Source: Acidobacteriota bacterium
GTDB lineage: Bacteria; Acidobacteriota; UBA6911; RPQK01; JAJDTT01
Reading direction: 5' to 3'
DNA: 64,000 bases
Assembly (NCBI GenBank): GCA_965209055.1
Contig: OZ242374.1
Location: 5,760,001-5,824,000, forward strand
The notes beneath the pieces were generated by a model. It was not told where the DNA came from, did not search any database, and saw only the letters and a list, made by a program, of their open reading frames with translations. Shown here piece by piece: positions 38,397-47,503 of the stretch (position 1 is the stretch's first letter; every line of letters starts with the position of its first letter). Both the position numbers and the translations under genes were made by a program.

Positions 38397-38701
38397 CCGG
38401 AGACAGCGCCCAGGAGGGGTTCGCCCTCCTGGAATACCTGATGGCCACAATGATATTGACCGTCGCCCTGCTTTCCCTGATCCAGACCCTGGCTCTGACC
38501 CTGGGCAACTACGCCATCATGGAAAAGCGGCGCCAGGAGGTTCTCGAACGGTGGAACCGGAGCGAAGAGGCCCGCTCCCGGGAGCCGGAGGGGGAAAGGT
38601 TCGTCCTGGCGCCGGACGGACCCGCCTTGTGGCGCCTCGACGTCTCGGGCTCCGAGGAGGAGAACGCTGCGAGTTGGGAGGTGCTCCGATCACACCCCTG
38701 A
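38381..38701 (+). CDS. Minor pilin (PilV-like)
   Basis: EG-FALLEYLMA prepilin motif. Confidence 0.7.
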   Translation: MGKRIAGDSAQEGFALLEYLMATMILTVALLSLIQTLALTLGNYAIMEKRRQEVLERWNRSEEARSREPEGERFVLAPDGPALWRLDVSGSEEENAASWEVLRSHP

Positions 38702-38715
38702 AAGATGGCTTCCGG

Positions 38716-39321
38716 ATGAGCCCGATTGAATTGCCTGCGGGACCCCGCGCGACCGGGGAGGTCGAGGGGGAGCAGGGATTCAGCCTCATCGAGTCGCTTT
38801 TGGCCACCGCCGCCTCCGTGCTTCTTTTTTCTCTGTTTCTGGGGGTGTTGGACCAAGCTCAGACCACCGTCACCAACCTCACGCGTCTGATGGAACGGGA
38901 CCGGAACCTGATCCTGGCCCCCGTCCTTCTGGGTGGATGGATCCTGGGAGCGGGCAACCGGGAATGGAACCGGACCGGGGACGGAATCCTGATCCAATCC
39001 GGAGTCCTCCGGATCGAGTCCGACCTGGACGGAGAAGACGGATTTCCCGACGAGCGCGTCGACGGCAACTTCGAGAGCCTGTCGCTCCGCTGCCGGACGG
39101 ACCACTTGCAGCTCAAGAGCGGTGGCGGAAACTTTCAATCTGTCCTGAGACAGGTCCGGCGGTGGGAAGTGCAAATGGACGGACGGTCGCTGAACCTTCG
39201 CGTCACCGGCGCCGTCAGCCCGAATCTACTGCACTGGAGATCGGACGGAGAAACCACCGAAACCATCCGTTACACGCTTCGGAACTACCGGCCCAACCTC
39301 TTCCCTCCCCGGAATGAATGA
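38716..39321 (+). CDS. Minor pilin (PilW-like)
   Basis: QG-FSLIESLL prepilin motif; C-terminal LRN. Confidence 0.7.
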   Translation: MSPIELPAGPRATGEVEGEQGFSLIESLLATAASVLLFSLFLGVLDQAQTTVTNLTRLMERDRNLILAPVLLGGWILGAGNREWNRTGDGILIQSGVLRIESDLDGEDGFPDERVDGNFESLSLRCRTDHLQLKSGGGNFQSVLRQVRRWEVQMDGRSLNLRVTGAVSPNLLHWRSDGETTETIRYTLRNYRPNLFPPRNE

Positions 39322-40552
39322 CCTTCGGACATCCGAATCGGAGGCGGGACTTGCCCTGTTGGCCGCCCTGCTCACGACGGCTCTGGTCGCGACGCTGGTC
39401 TGGGTCCTGAGCGTGCAGAACCTGATCCAGTGGCGGCTGCTGCAAGGGGTCGAGGCGCGACTCTACAGCATGGTCCTGGCCCAGAACGGAATCGAGTTCG
39501 CCCGCGGCCTTCTCCCCCTGGTCGATCTGGACCAACTCCTTCCCGGCCCCGACGGCTCCTTCTCCGGAACCGACCTCGCCGAATGGAGAAATCCTCTCCC
39601 CTTCGCGGAGGCTCGCCGCATGGACCCGGAGAGTTGGACATCCGGCCGCGACGACGGACTTCCGTTTCGTGGCGGCGCCCTGCTGCTGCCGAACGGCTAC
39701 CCGGATCCTGGAGGAGGCCGTTTCTACCTGAGGTTTTCCAACAATCCCGAGGAGCCGGCCCACCAGGACCGGGACGGCGTGGTCCTGGTCCGGAGCATGG
39801 GAGTGGCTCCCCTCAAACTGCAGGACCCCTTCCTGGCTTCGACTCGAAACAGCGTGACCCTGATCGAATCACGGCTCCTGCAGGAGACTGCATTCCGGCT
39901 GCGCAGCGCACTCACTCTGGCGGGAGACGACGGAAACTTCCATTGGTCGGGAAACCGGTTCCTCCTGGAGGGGGGCCCTCGGGAACCGGCCGTCCGCCTC
40001 CTCTCCCTGGGAGGCGGCGGACTTGGCGCCGACTTCCGGAAGAACCTCAGTCCGCCCCAAGCCGGCCGGATCCGCGGCACCGGACCGGAACCTTCTCTCC
40101 GGGACTCGACTGCGGCCTACCGGGAGGACCCTCGGCACCGTTCCCTCTTCCAGGCCGGCTTCTGGAGGCATTTCGAGACTCACCTTCCCGACATGTCGCC
40201 GGCCGCCGGGATTGTCCACTTGCCTGAGGGAGGAACCCTGTCAGGGGAGATGTCGGGTGTCGTCGTCGCCCGGGGGAACCTGATCCTGCAGGGAGACGTC
40301 CAATTCCGCGGAATCCTGCTGCATCTGGGCGGGGGCGGCGTCGTTTTGCGAGATCGCGCCCGCATCGTTGGAGGACTCTGGCTCTCCAATCTGAGTGTGG
40401 ACGGAGATACGATCCGAGGCGGTCCCCTGGTCCTTCATATTTCGGACCGGGCCAGTATTCGATACGACGCGGATTCCATCCGCTCGGGACTGCGCAGCTT
40501 TCCGCCGACCCAACTGGGGTGGCGGTTGCTCTTTCCGGAGATGGCACCGTAA
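39314..40552 (+). CDS. Minor pilin (PilX/GspK-like)
   Basis: EAG-LALLAALL lacking Glu5; AQNGIEFA; fourth gene of the pilin cluster. Confidence 0.7.
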   Translation: MNDLRTSESEAGLALLAALLTTALVATLVWVLSVQNLIQWRLLQGVEARLYSMVLAQNGIEFARGLLPLVDLDQLLPGPDGSFSGTDLAEWRNPLPFAEARRMDPESWTSGRDDGLPFRGGALLLPNGYPDPGGGRFYLRFSNNPEEPAHQDRDGVVLVRSMGVAPLKLQDPFLASTRNSVTLIESRLLQETAFRLRSALTLAGDDGNFHWSGNRFLLEGGPREPAVRLLSLGGGGLGADFRKNLSPPQAGRIRGTGPEPSLRDSTAAYREDPRHRSLFQAGFWRHFETHLPDMSPAAGIVHLPEGGTLSGEMSGVVVARGNLILQGDVQFRGILLHLGGGGVVLRDRARIVGGLWLSNLSVDGDTIRGGPLVLHISDRASIRYDADSIRSGLRSFPPTQLGWRLLFPEMAP

Positions 40553-40566
40553 CCGCCTGGGCTGTG

Positions 40567-40597
40567 ACAGCCCGTGGCAAGAGTCATTACGGACAGT
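40567..40597. repeat. Dispersed repeat, copy 2, inside the hairpin GGGCTGT-G-ACAGCCC between convergent genes
   Basis: 21 bp identical to 28572-28592. Confidence 0.8.
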
Positions 40598-41316
40598 TAC
40601 CGGAACCCACCCGAGGCCGGTTTTCGTCCCAGGTGAAGACACGCGATCCCTGCAGACAGGGTTCGGTGGCGGATCCGATGGAATCCCGCCCTCACCAGCA
40701 ACCGGTCCAGATCCTCGGGTGCGAGGAACTGCCTCACCGACCGGGAGAGATATTCGTAGGCCTGACCGTGTCCCGAGATCCAACCTCCCAGCCGGGGCAG
40801 GATCCGAACGAAATAGAACAAGTAGAGCGACCTGAACAGCGGCAAATTGGGAAGTGTGAACTCCAGGATGGCCAACACGCCTCGGGGACGGAGAACCCGG
40901 TGCATTTCAGCCAGACCCTGGCGGTAGCTCTCCAGATTCCTCAATCCAAAGGCAATGCTGACGGCGTCGAATGATCGGTCCGGGAACGGGAGTCTCAGCG
41001 CGTCCCCTTCGGTGAATGAGATTCGGCGGCCGGCTCCGGAACGGGATGCCTTCTTCATACCCAAAATCAGCATGGGATGAGAGAAATCGCAGGCCACCAC
41101 CGAACCCAGGCTGGAGAGCTCCAGGGCCAGATCGCCGGTCCCGGTGCAGAGGTCCAGGATCCGCGGGTCCGGCGGCAGGCGGCCTTCCAGTTCGCGCCTC
41201 GTCAGTCGTCTCCAATACCGGTCGACGGACAGCGAGAGCAGACGGTTGGCCCGGTCGTATCTGGGAGCGATGGCGCCGAACATTCGGCGGATCCGCCCCG
41301 ATTCCTTGTCTTGCAT
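40597..41316 (-). CDS. ubiE: Demethylmenaquinone/ubiquinone C-methyltransferase (UbiE/MenG)
   Basis: MFGAIAPRYD, LDLCTGTGD, GDALRLPF, AFGLRN, AYEYL. Confidence 0.93.
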   Translation of the reverse strand: MQDKESGRIRRMFGAIAPRYDRANRLLSLSVDRYWRRLTRRELEGRLPPDPRILDLCTGTGDLALELSSLGSVVACDFSHPMLILGMKKASRSGAGRRISFTEGDALRLPFPDRSFDAVSIAFGLRNLESYRQGLAEMHRVLRPRGVLAILEFTLPNLPLFRSLYLFYFVRILPRLGGWISGHGQAYEYLSRSVRQFLAPEDLDRLLVRAGFHRIRHRTLSAGIACLHLGRKPASGGFR

Positions 41317-41353
41317 TTGACTCCCAGGAATCCGCGGCGGCCCCCCAAGGCCC

Positions 41354-42445
41354 CTATTTCAGTTGCTTCACCTGGTCCCAGGCCCGCGCCAGATCCCGGT
41401 CAGGGATGTCGTCCCGGATTTCCGTGATCCCGATCGCCGCCAGCAACACCACGACCGTACGTTGATTCCGGCGTTTCTTGTCCCGCTTCATGGCCTCCAC
41501 GACGCGGCTCGTGGGGACGGTATCGATGTTTGGCAGAGGCCCGATCTCCCGGATCGACTGCACCGCCCGGTCCCGTGACTCCCGGGACAGCCCGGTGCGC
41601 CAATGCGAGAGATGAGCGGCAGCCATCATTCCGTAGGCGATCGCTTCCCCGTGGGTCACCCCCCGGAATCGGACGGCGGATTCCAGTCCGTGACCGAAAG
41701 TGTGTCCCAGGTTCAGTATGCGCCGCAGATCCGATTCGCGTTCGTCCCGGGCCGTGACCTCGGCCTTGATCTGGCAACAGCGCCGGATCAACTGCTGCAT
41801 CACCAGGGATTTCCGGGCCTGGATCTCTTCCAGCGACGCGTTCAGCCAATCGAAGAATTCGGCGTCACGGATGAGGCCGTACTTGAAGACCTCGTAGAGT
41901 CCGGACTGATACTCTCGCTGAGGCAGGGAGTGGAGAGTCTCGGGATCGATGCAGACCAGGCTCGGCTGCCAGAAGGAACCGACCATGTTCTTGGCCAGGC
42001 CGTAGTTGACTCCGGTCTTGCCTCCGACTGAACTGTCCACCTGAGCCACCACCGAAGTCGGGATCTGGATGTACGGAATGCCCCGCATGAAGGTGGCGGC
42101 GGCAAATCCCGCGATGTCCCCGGTCACGCCGCCCCCCAGGGCCACCAGGGCCGACGAGCGATCCGCGCCCCCGCTCACGAGCTTCCCGTAGATCCGCTCG
42201 ACGGCTTGAAGCGACTTGTGGGTTTCTCCGTCCGGGATCAGGATCTCCGACACCCGGAACCCCGACTCCGCCAGACCCTTCATCAACGTCTCGCCATAGA
42301 GTTCGTGGACCACCGTATTGGAGACCAGGAACAGCCTCCGGGCCGTCCCCCGGTCCCTCAGCAGCCTCGGAACCTGGGCCAGGAGACCGGGACCGATCAG
42401 GATGTCATAGCTGCGGCCGGGAAGGCTGACCTGAACCGTCTTCAC
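41354..42445 (-). CDS. aroB: 3-dehydroquinate synthase
   Basis: DGETHK, GGGVTGD, QVDSSVGGKTG, KNMVG, LNLGHTFGH, HGEA. Confidence 0.96.
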   Translation of the reverse strand: MKTVQVSLPGRSYDILIGPGLLAQVPRLLRDRGTARRLFLVSNTVVHELYGETLMKGLAESGFRVSEILIPDGETHKSLQAVERIYGKLVSGGADRSSALVALGGGVTGDIAGFAAATFMRGIPYIQIPTSVVAQVDSSVGGKTGVNYGLAKNMVGSFWQPSLVCIDPETLHSLPQREYQSGLYEVFKYGLIRDAEFFDWLNASLEEIQARKSLVMQQLIRRCCQIKAEVTARDERESDLRRILNLGHTFGHGLESAVRFRGVTHGEAIAYGMMAAAHLSHWRTGLSRESRDRAVQSIREIGPLPNIDTVPTSRVVEAMKRDKKRRNQRTVVVLLAAIGITEIRDDIPDRDLARAWDQVKQLK

Positions 42446-42538
42446 CGGGTTCCTTTCCTGCCTTGCACGGGTTTGGGAATAAGCGGAGGCATCACTGCGG
42501 CCGGCGTGGCCTGTGGGAATGGCGGTCCCGGGCCAATC

Positions 42539-43522
42539 CTAGCTCAGCACGCCTTCCAGGGGACTGCTGGCCGTAGCGTAGAGCTTGCGGGGAATTCGGC
42601 CCGCCTTGTAGGCCAGGCGACCCGACTCCACGGCCAGCTTCATGCTCCTGGCCATGGATACGGGGTCCCCGGCCCCGGCAATCCCGGTGTTCATGAGGAC
42701 TCCGTCCACACCCAGCTCCATGGCCAGTGTGGCGTCGGAAGCGGTCCCGACGCCGGCGTCGACGATGACGGGGACCGAGGCGAACTCCAGGATGATGCGG
42801 ATGTTGTTGGGATTCTGGATGCCGAGACCCGAACCGATGGGGGCGCCGAGCGGCATCACAGCCGCTGCACCGGCATCCTCCAGCCGCTTGCAGACGATGG
42901 GGTCGTCATTGGTGTAGGGAAGCACTACGAATCCTTCCTTGACCAGGACGCGCGTGGCTTCCAGCAAGGCCTCATTGTCGGGGAAAAGCGTGCGTTCGTC
43001 TCCGATCACCTCCAGCTTGACCAGATTCGACAGGCCGGCCTCCCGGCCCAGCCGGGCGTACCGGATCGCCTCGGCCGCCGTGTAGCAGCCGGCCGTGTTG
43101 GGGAGTAGCTGGTACCGGTCGGGATCGATGTAGTCCAGGAGGGATTCCCGGCTTCGATCGGATATATTGACGCGCCGCACGGCTACCGTCACCAGCTCGG
43201 ATCCGCTGGCCTCCAGGGCCTGCTCCATCTGGCTGAATGTCGCGTACTTTCCCGTTCCCACCAGCAAACGGGAGCGATACTCACGTCCGGCTATGGTCAA
43301 CGTATCTTCCACGGCCCCTCCTCCCACGAAATGGACGATTTCGATCCGATCGCCGCTTTGGATCTCCTGCCCGGCCCACCGGTTGCGGCGGACGATCTGC
43401 TCATTGATCTCCACCGCGACCCGACCCCCGTCAAGCCCCAGATCCTGGACCAGATCCGCCACGCTGCCGCCGCGTTCGGCCTGGTGCCGCAGGCCATTCA
43501 ATAGGACTTGGATCTTGCTCAT
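42539..43522 (-). CDS. thiG: Fused sulfur carrier ThiS and thiazole synthase ThiG
   Basis: ThiS domain ([10 protein letters not shown]...[10 protein letters not shown]) continuous with [40 protein letters not shown]. Confidence 0.93.
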   Translation of the reverse strand: MSKIQVLLNGLRHQAERGGSVADLVQDLGLDGGRVAVEINEQIVRRNRWAGQEIQSGDRIEIVHFVGGGAVEDTLTIAGREYRSRLLVGTGKYATFSQMEQALEASGSELVTVAVRRVNISDRSRESLLDYIDPDRYQLLPNTAGCYTAAEAIRYARLGREAGLSNLVKLEVIGDERTLFPDNEALLEATRVLVKEGFVVLPYTNDDPIVCKRLEDAGAAAVMPLGAPIGSGLGIQNPNNIRIILEFASVPVIVDAGVGTASDATLAMELGVDGVLMNTGIAGAGDPVSMARSMKLAVESGRLAYKAGRIPRKLYATASSPLEGVLS

Positions 43523-43764
43523 GGGTCCATCGTTTTCGGGCCCAGTCTACTACGACGCCGCGCCCGTCTGCCAGCCGTACGGAGCCCCGTTCCAGGGGAG
43601 ATCGGCGAGGCGCAGGCCAGCCGTTCGGCTCTGGCGGAATCGCAGGCGGCGCGACGGATCAGGATTGCCACCTGGCTGAAATCGAAATTGCGGAGGAGCC
43701 TTCTCCGGGATCGTTCGATTCCGTTGTCTGACCCGCCTTGCGGAGGTTCCCCCAAAACGGCCGA

Positions 43765-43992
43765 TCAAAAGGGTGTGCCGCGTCCAGGACTTACGAAGAA
43801 CTCCCGAAGCACATCCAATGCTCCCTCAAGGCGGGCCAAGCGATCTTCGAGGCGGAAAATCCGCCCTCTGAGCTCGCCCAATTCAGAGCGAATGGCGCGC
43901 GACTGGGTCAGGATGAGGCCGGCGAGGGCAACAGTGGCGGTGAGAATAAGGCCCCCGATGGAGCCGATGATGGTGATGAGTTCGGACGGCAT
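43765..43992 (-). CDS. Small TM plus coiled-coil hypothetical protein (75 aa)
   Basis: GGGGAG RBS; MPSELITIIG...ALAGLIL then IRSELGELRGRIFRLEDRLARLEG. Confidence 0.65.
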   Translation of the reverse strand: MPSELITIIGSIGGLILTATVALAGLILTQSRAIRSELGELRGRIFRLEDRLARLEGALDVLREFFVSPGRGTPF

Positions 43993-44237
43993 TCGGACTA
44001 TTCTCCCCGGCCTCTTCCCTCTTGCGGACGTTTTTTCGCCGACACTTTCTTCATCGTGTCTCCTTTGCTTAAAACGTGCGTGAATCAGAAGACACGACTC
44101 TTCAACCTCCACACTCGGGGCGGGGCCTCCGCATCCGGGAGAAAAACGGTCAACAAAGGGACGCCGCCGAAATCGCCATGCGTCGAAGTGAGTGCATTCC
44201 CGGACCCGTTGCGACCCGGCATCCTTTCCCCGAACCG

Positions 44238-45164
44238 TCAGCGCAACAGATAGGCCGAGGCCAAGCCGATATAGGCCGTCAGCGTCAGGAGATACATCTG
44301 CCGCCAACTGGGATGGTTCTCCCATTCCAGATTCCCCTCCCATTCCCGGGAAGACCTCACGAGCAGCAGGATGATCCAACCGCCCCAACCGGCGAGCAGC
44401 AGTCCCAGGCCCGCCAGCAGCGACGGCCGTCCGGACAGGAGCCCGTAGACCGCGCCGGGGACGAGGGCCAGAAACGGCAGGACGAAGAAGGGAGCGATGA
44501 TCCGGATCGACCATTGGACGCCATAGATGACGGGAAGCGTCCGGCAGCCGCCCCGGCGGTCCCCCTCCACGTCGGAGAAGTCCTTGGTCGTGACCGCCCC
44601 CAGAAAATAGGCTCCCAGGATCGCGCCGAGAATCCAGGGCTCGGGCTGCAGCACAGGCTTCACGGAGGACCAACCGGCCACCGGCAACAGCGTTCCCCGG
44701 ACCAGGGCGATGGTCAGGTTGGCCCAGATGCCTCGGGACTTGGTCCGAATCGGGGGCACCGAGTAGAGAACGGTTCCCAGGGCGCCTGCAAGAACGACGA
44801 AGAAACACTGGAGATTGATCCAGGCGGCCAGCAACAGGGCGATGACCAGGAAAGCCAGACTGAGGCACCACGCTTCCGGTCCGGAGATGCGGCCCGAGGG
44901 CAGCAGGCGGTGAGGCTTGTTGATGCGGTCGATCTCCTGGTCGAAGATCTGGTTGAGCCCGTTGGAAAAGGCGTTCAACGCGGCTGCCAGAAGGGCCCCG
45001 GCGACGATCCGCAGAAAGAGAGTCCCGGCCCCCGGGCTCCAATCGGAGACTCCCTTCGGATCCGCCGAGAGTCCCATGAGGGCGCCGCAGACCATCCCCA
45101 ACGCCGGCACCAGCAGGGTGAAGGGGCGAATGAACCGGAAGTAACGGACGATTGATTCAGGCAT
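44238..45164 (-). CDS. UbiA-family prenyltransferase (DGGGP synthase / chlorophyll synthase-like)
   Basis: IRPFT, NGLNQIFDQEIDRINKPHRLLPSGRIS, YSVPP, KDFSDVEGD. Confidence 0.88.
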   Translation of the reverse strand: MPESIVRYFRFIRPFTLLVPALGMVCGALMGLSADPKGVSDWSPGAGTLFLRIVAGALLAAALNAFSNGLNQIFDQEIDRINKPHRLLPSGRISGPEAWCLSLAFLVIALLLAAWINLQCFFVVLAGALGTVLYSVPPIRTKSRGIWANLTIALVRGTLLPVAGWSSVKPVLQPEPWILGAILGAYFLGAVTTKDFSDVEGDRRGGCRTLPVIYGVQWSIRIIAPFFVLPFLALVPGAVYGLLSGRPSLLAGLGLLLAGWGGWIILLLVRSSREWEGNLEWENHPSWRQMYLLTLTAYIGLASAYLLR

Positions 45165-45251
45165 GACACGGCGGGTGCTTTAAGCCTGCCAGGCGTGGGC
45201 CATCGGCAGCGATTCCGCAGGTTCGTGAATCCTTCGGGGGCGTTCCATTCT

Positions 45252-46583
45252 TCAAGGGGTTGCAGGGGAACTCAACACGATCCAGATTCCGCCGCTGGCG
45301 CAGGCTCCCGCCAGCGTATTGTACAAGTTGAGCACCTGGTGCCGGCCCGGGGCGTCCCTCCCGGCGCCGGCCAGCCAGGACTCGACTCCATTCCCCGCAA
45401 TGGCTCCGGCCCCCAACGCCGGCAGCGCCGACGCAGGGATCCAGTTCCATACGGCCGGCACCGACGAGACCGCCAGGGCCGCAACCAGCCCGGCCAGAGT
45501 GCCCGCGAGTGAAACGGCGCCGGGAGTCCCCACGGCAACCGGTTTGAAGGTCCGCAGATCCCGGGGAGCCCGTCCCAACCATTGTCCGATCTCGGTAGCG
45601 ACCGTGTCCATGGCGGCGGCGGCCAGGGCGCCGGTGTAGGCCACCCGCGCCACGGTGCTGTCGGTCCAGAAAAACAAAAGCGCCAGGATGCCGGCCACCA
45701 GACCCTTGGACAAGACGTTGGCGACGCCTCTCCGCCCCAGATTCTCTTCGGCCACCCCCAGGGCCTCCTTGCGTCCCGTCCCCAACCATGTGCTGAACCC
45801 GCCCAGGAAGAAAAAGAGGCAGAGGGCGACGTAGCCTGCGGGACCCGCCGAGAGATAGACGCCGATCCCCAGGACCACGCCGGCGGCGGCGCCGCGCCAC
45901 GAGATCCAACCCACCATCACGGCGAGGCCGGCCAGGAGGAAGTTGATTCCGACCGCGTGGGACCAGGGCGCGGACAACTCGGGAATCAGGCCGGGGACGT
46001 CCAGGAGCAAGGGGAAGATCCCGGCGCCGACCACCACTATGACCAGATTGTCGTCCACCAGATTCGGCAACGACTCGGCCAAAGCGCAGACCAGCGACCC
46101 GAAAATGCAACAGGCGGCCAGCTTGAGATTGGAACTGCCGTCTGCTTGCGGCAGGTTCCAGGCCAGGAGGACCCAGGACGCCACCGCCGCCGCCAGAAAG
46201 AAGCCGATGGAACCGCCCAGGCTCTTCTCCCGATTGTAGGGGAGTCGGACCCAGGGCCACCGCCGCCCCGCCAGGTTGGAAACGGCGTCTCCCACCGCCA
46301 GAACCGCCCAGACCGCCGCAGCGACGTGAAGGCGCTCGCGAAACAGGATGAGCAGCATCATGATCCCGAAGGCGTAGTAGAGCTTGCCGGGGGAAAATCC
46401 CGCCTCCCTTTCCGAATCGCGGGTCGTCACCCGGATCCAACGGGGAGATATGAACGCGGCATAGAAGAACGAAAGGAGGCTCAGGCAGAGGATCAGCCTG
46501 TAGTCCACGTAGGGAAGGAGAAAGGCGAAAGCCAGGGGCAGTACATGTTCCAGTTGCCTCAGGTCCTCGCCTCTGTTCCTCAC
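45252..46583 (-). CDS. Fusion of phytol/dolichol-kinase-like domain and DUF92 (TMEM19/VTE6) domain
   Basis: EDLRQLEH, LAVGDAVSNLAG, KSLGGS, ESLP...DDNL; then RRGVANVLSKG, DTVATEIG, GTPGAVSLAGT, ESWL; GTGA overlap with the upstream gene. Confidence 0.8.
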   Translation of the reverse strand: MRNRGEDLRQLEHVLPLAFAFLLPYVDYRLILCLSLLSFFYAAFISPRWIRVTTRDSEREAGFSPGKLYYAFGIMMLLILFRERLHVAAAVWAVLAVGDAVSNLAGRRWPWVRLPYNREKSLGGSIGFFLAAAVASWVLLAWNLPQADGSSNLKLAACCIFGSLVCALAESLPNLVDDNLVIVVVGAGIFPLLLDVPGLIPELSAPWSHAVGINFLLAGLAVMVGWISWRGAAAGVVLGIGVYLSAGPAGYVALCLFFFLGGFSTWLGTGRKEALGVAEENLGRRGVANVLSKGLVAGILALLFFWTDSTVARVAYTGALAAAAMDTVATEIGQWLGRAPRDLRTFKPVAVGTPGAVSLAGTLAGLVAALAVSSVPAVWNWIPASALPALGAGAIAGNGVESWLAGAGRDAPGRHQVLNLYNTLAGACASGGIWIVLSSPATP

Positions 46584-47503
46584 GAAGCCATCCACCGGCT
46601 GGTGCTGATCAAGCCCTCCTCCAGGGAGCGGGGCGAGTAGCCCAATTGGGCGCCGGCCTTGCCCGAGGAAAATCGCCAGTTCCGGAGAAAGAACTCGGCC
46701 GTCGACGGGACCAGCAACGGCGAGGCGCCCCGCAGCCGAGCGCTCCAGTCCTCCAAACGGGCGCCCGCGCGAAACAGCCGATCCGGGAGGCCCAAGGGAA
46801 CCATCGGCACGTCCGCGACCTTCCGAAAGGTCCCGAACAGATCCTGGAGCGTCCGGTTTTCGCCTCCCAGGATGAAGTCCTCCCCGGCATCGGCATCCAG
46901 GCATCGAATCAGGGCGTCGGCGACGTCGTCCACATAGACGAAGTTCCAACAAGGAGCCCCGCGGCCCGGCAGTGCCGCCATTCGAAGCCTCTTCCAGCGC
47001 CGGAGCAGCCGCACCAGCAGGTTTCCCTCCGTCATCGGCCCGGGGCCGTAGACGACGGTGGGAAAGACCGTGTTCATGGAGAGCCGGTCCTTCCACTGGC
47101 CGGCCATTCGAAAGGCCTCGTACTTGCTCTGGTCGTACCCGTGGAAGAACCGGTTGCGGTACGGCATGCGTTCCTCGGTATGGACCCCGTCGCCGCTGGG
47201 GCCGAAGACGGTGAAGGAGGAGACGTGGACCAGCCGGGCAACCCCATGGCGCCGGGCCAGTTCCAGGACGTTTCTCAGCCCGTCGACGTTGACGCGAAGG
47301 AATGGGCCGGGCCGGGACTGCACCAGGGCAGCCAGATGAAACACCGCCTGGATTTCACGGAAGCACGGCTCCAGGGTGGAAACACGGGTCACGTCCTGGC
47401 CCCGGGACCGTGAAGCGACGGTCACCTGGTGCCCCCGCTCCCGGAGCCTGCGCACCAGAACGCTCCCCAGGAAGCCTGTCCCGCCCGTAACCAGGCACCT
47501 CAT
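46580..47503 (-). CDS. NAD-dependent epimerase/dehydratase (extended SDR, HpnA-like)
   Basis: VTGGTGFLG, VFHLAA, HVSS, YDQSK (YxxxK), VYGPG, VYVDDVA. Confidence 0.88.
   Translation of the reverse strand: MRCLVTGGTGFLGSVLVRRLRERGHQVTVASRSRGQDVTRVSTLEPCFREIQAVFHLAALVQSRPGPFLRVNVDGLRNVLELARRHGVARLVHVSSFTVFGPSGDGVHTEERMPYRNRFFHGYDQSKYEAFRMAGQWKDRLSMNTVFPTVVYGPGPMTEGNLLVRLLRRWKRLRMAALPGRGAPCWNFVYVDDVADALIRCLDADAGEDFILGGENRTLQDLFGTFRKVADVPMVPLGLPDRLFRAGARLEDWSARLRGASPLLVPSTAEFFLRNWRFSSGKAGAQLGYSPRSLEEGLISTSRWMAS

Noticed and set aside
43523-43764. TPP riboswitch upstream of thiS-thiG
   Set aside because: The conserved GCTGAGA and ACCTGA core elements were not found on the coding strand.
45252-47096. 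ORF-track N-terminal extensions (this ORF, and also 13228, 11152, 54201, 49425, 43765-45042) suggesting larger fusion proteins
   Set aside because: The extensions overlap neighbouring real genes or non-coding DNA; downstream starts with an RBS or stop/start overlap fit better.
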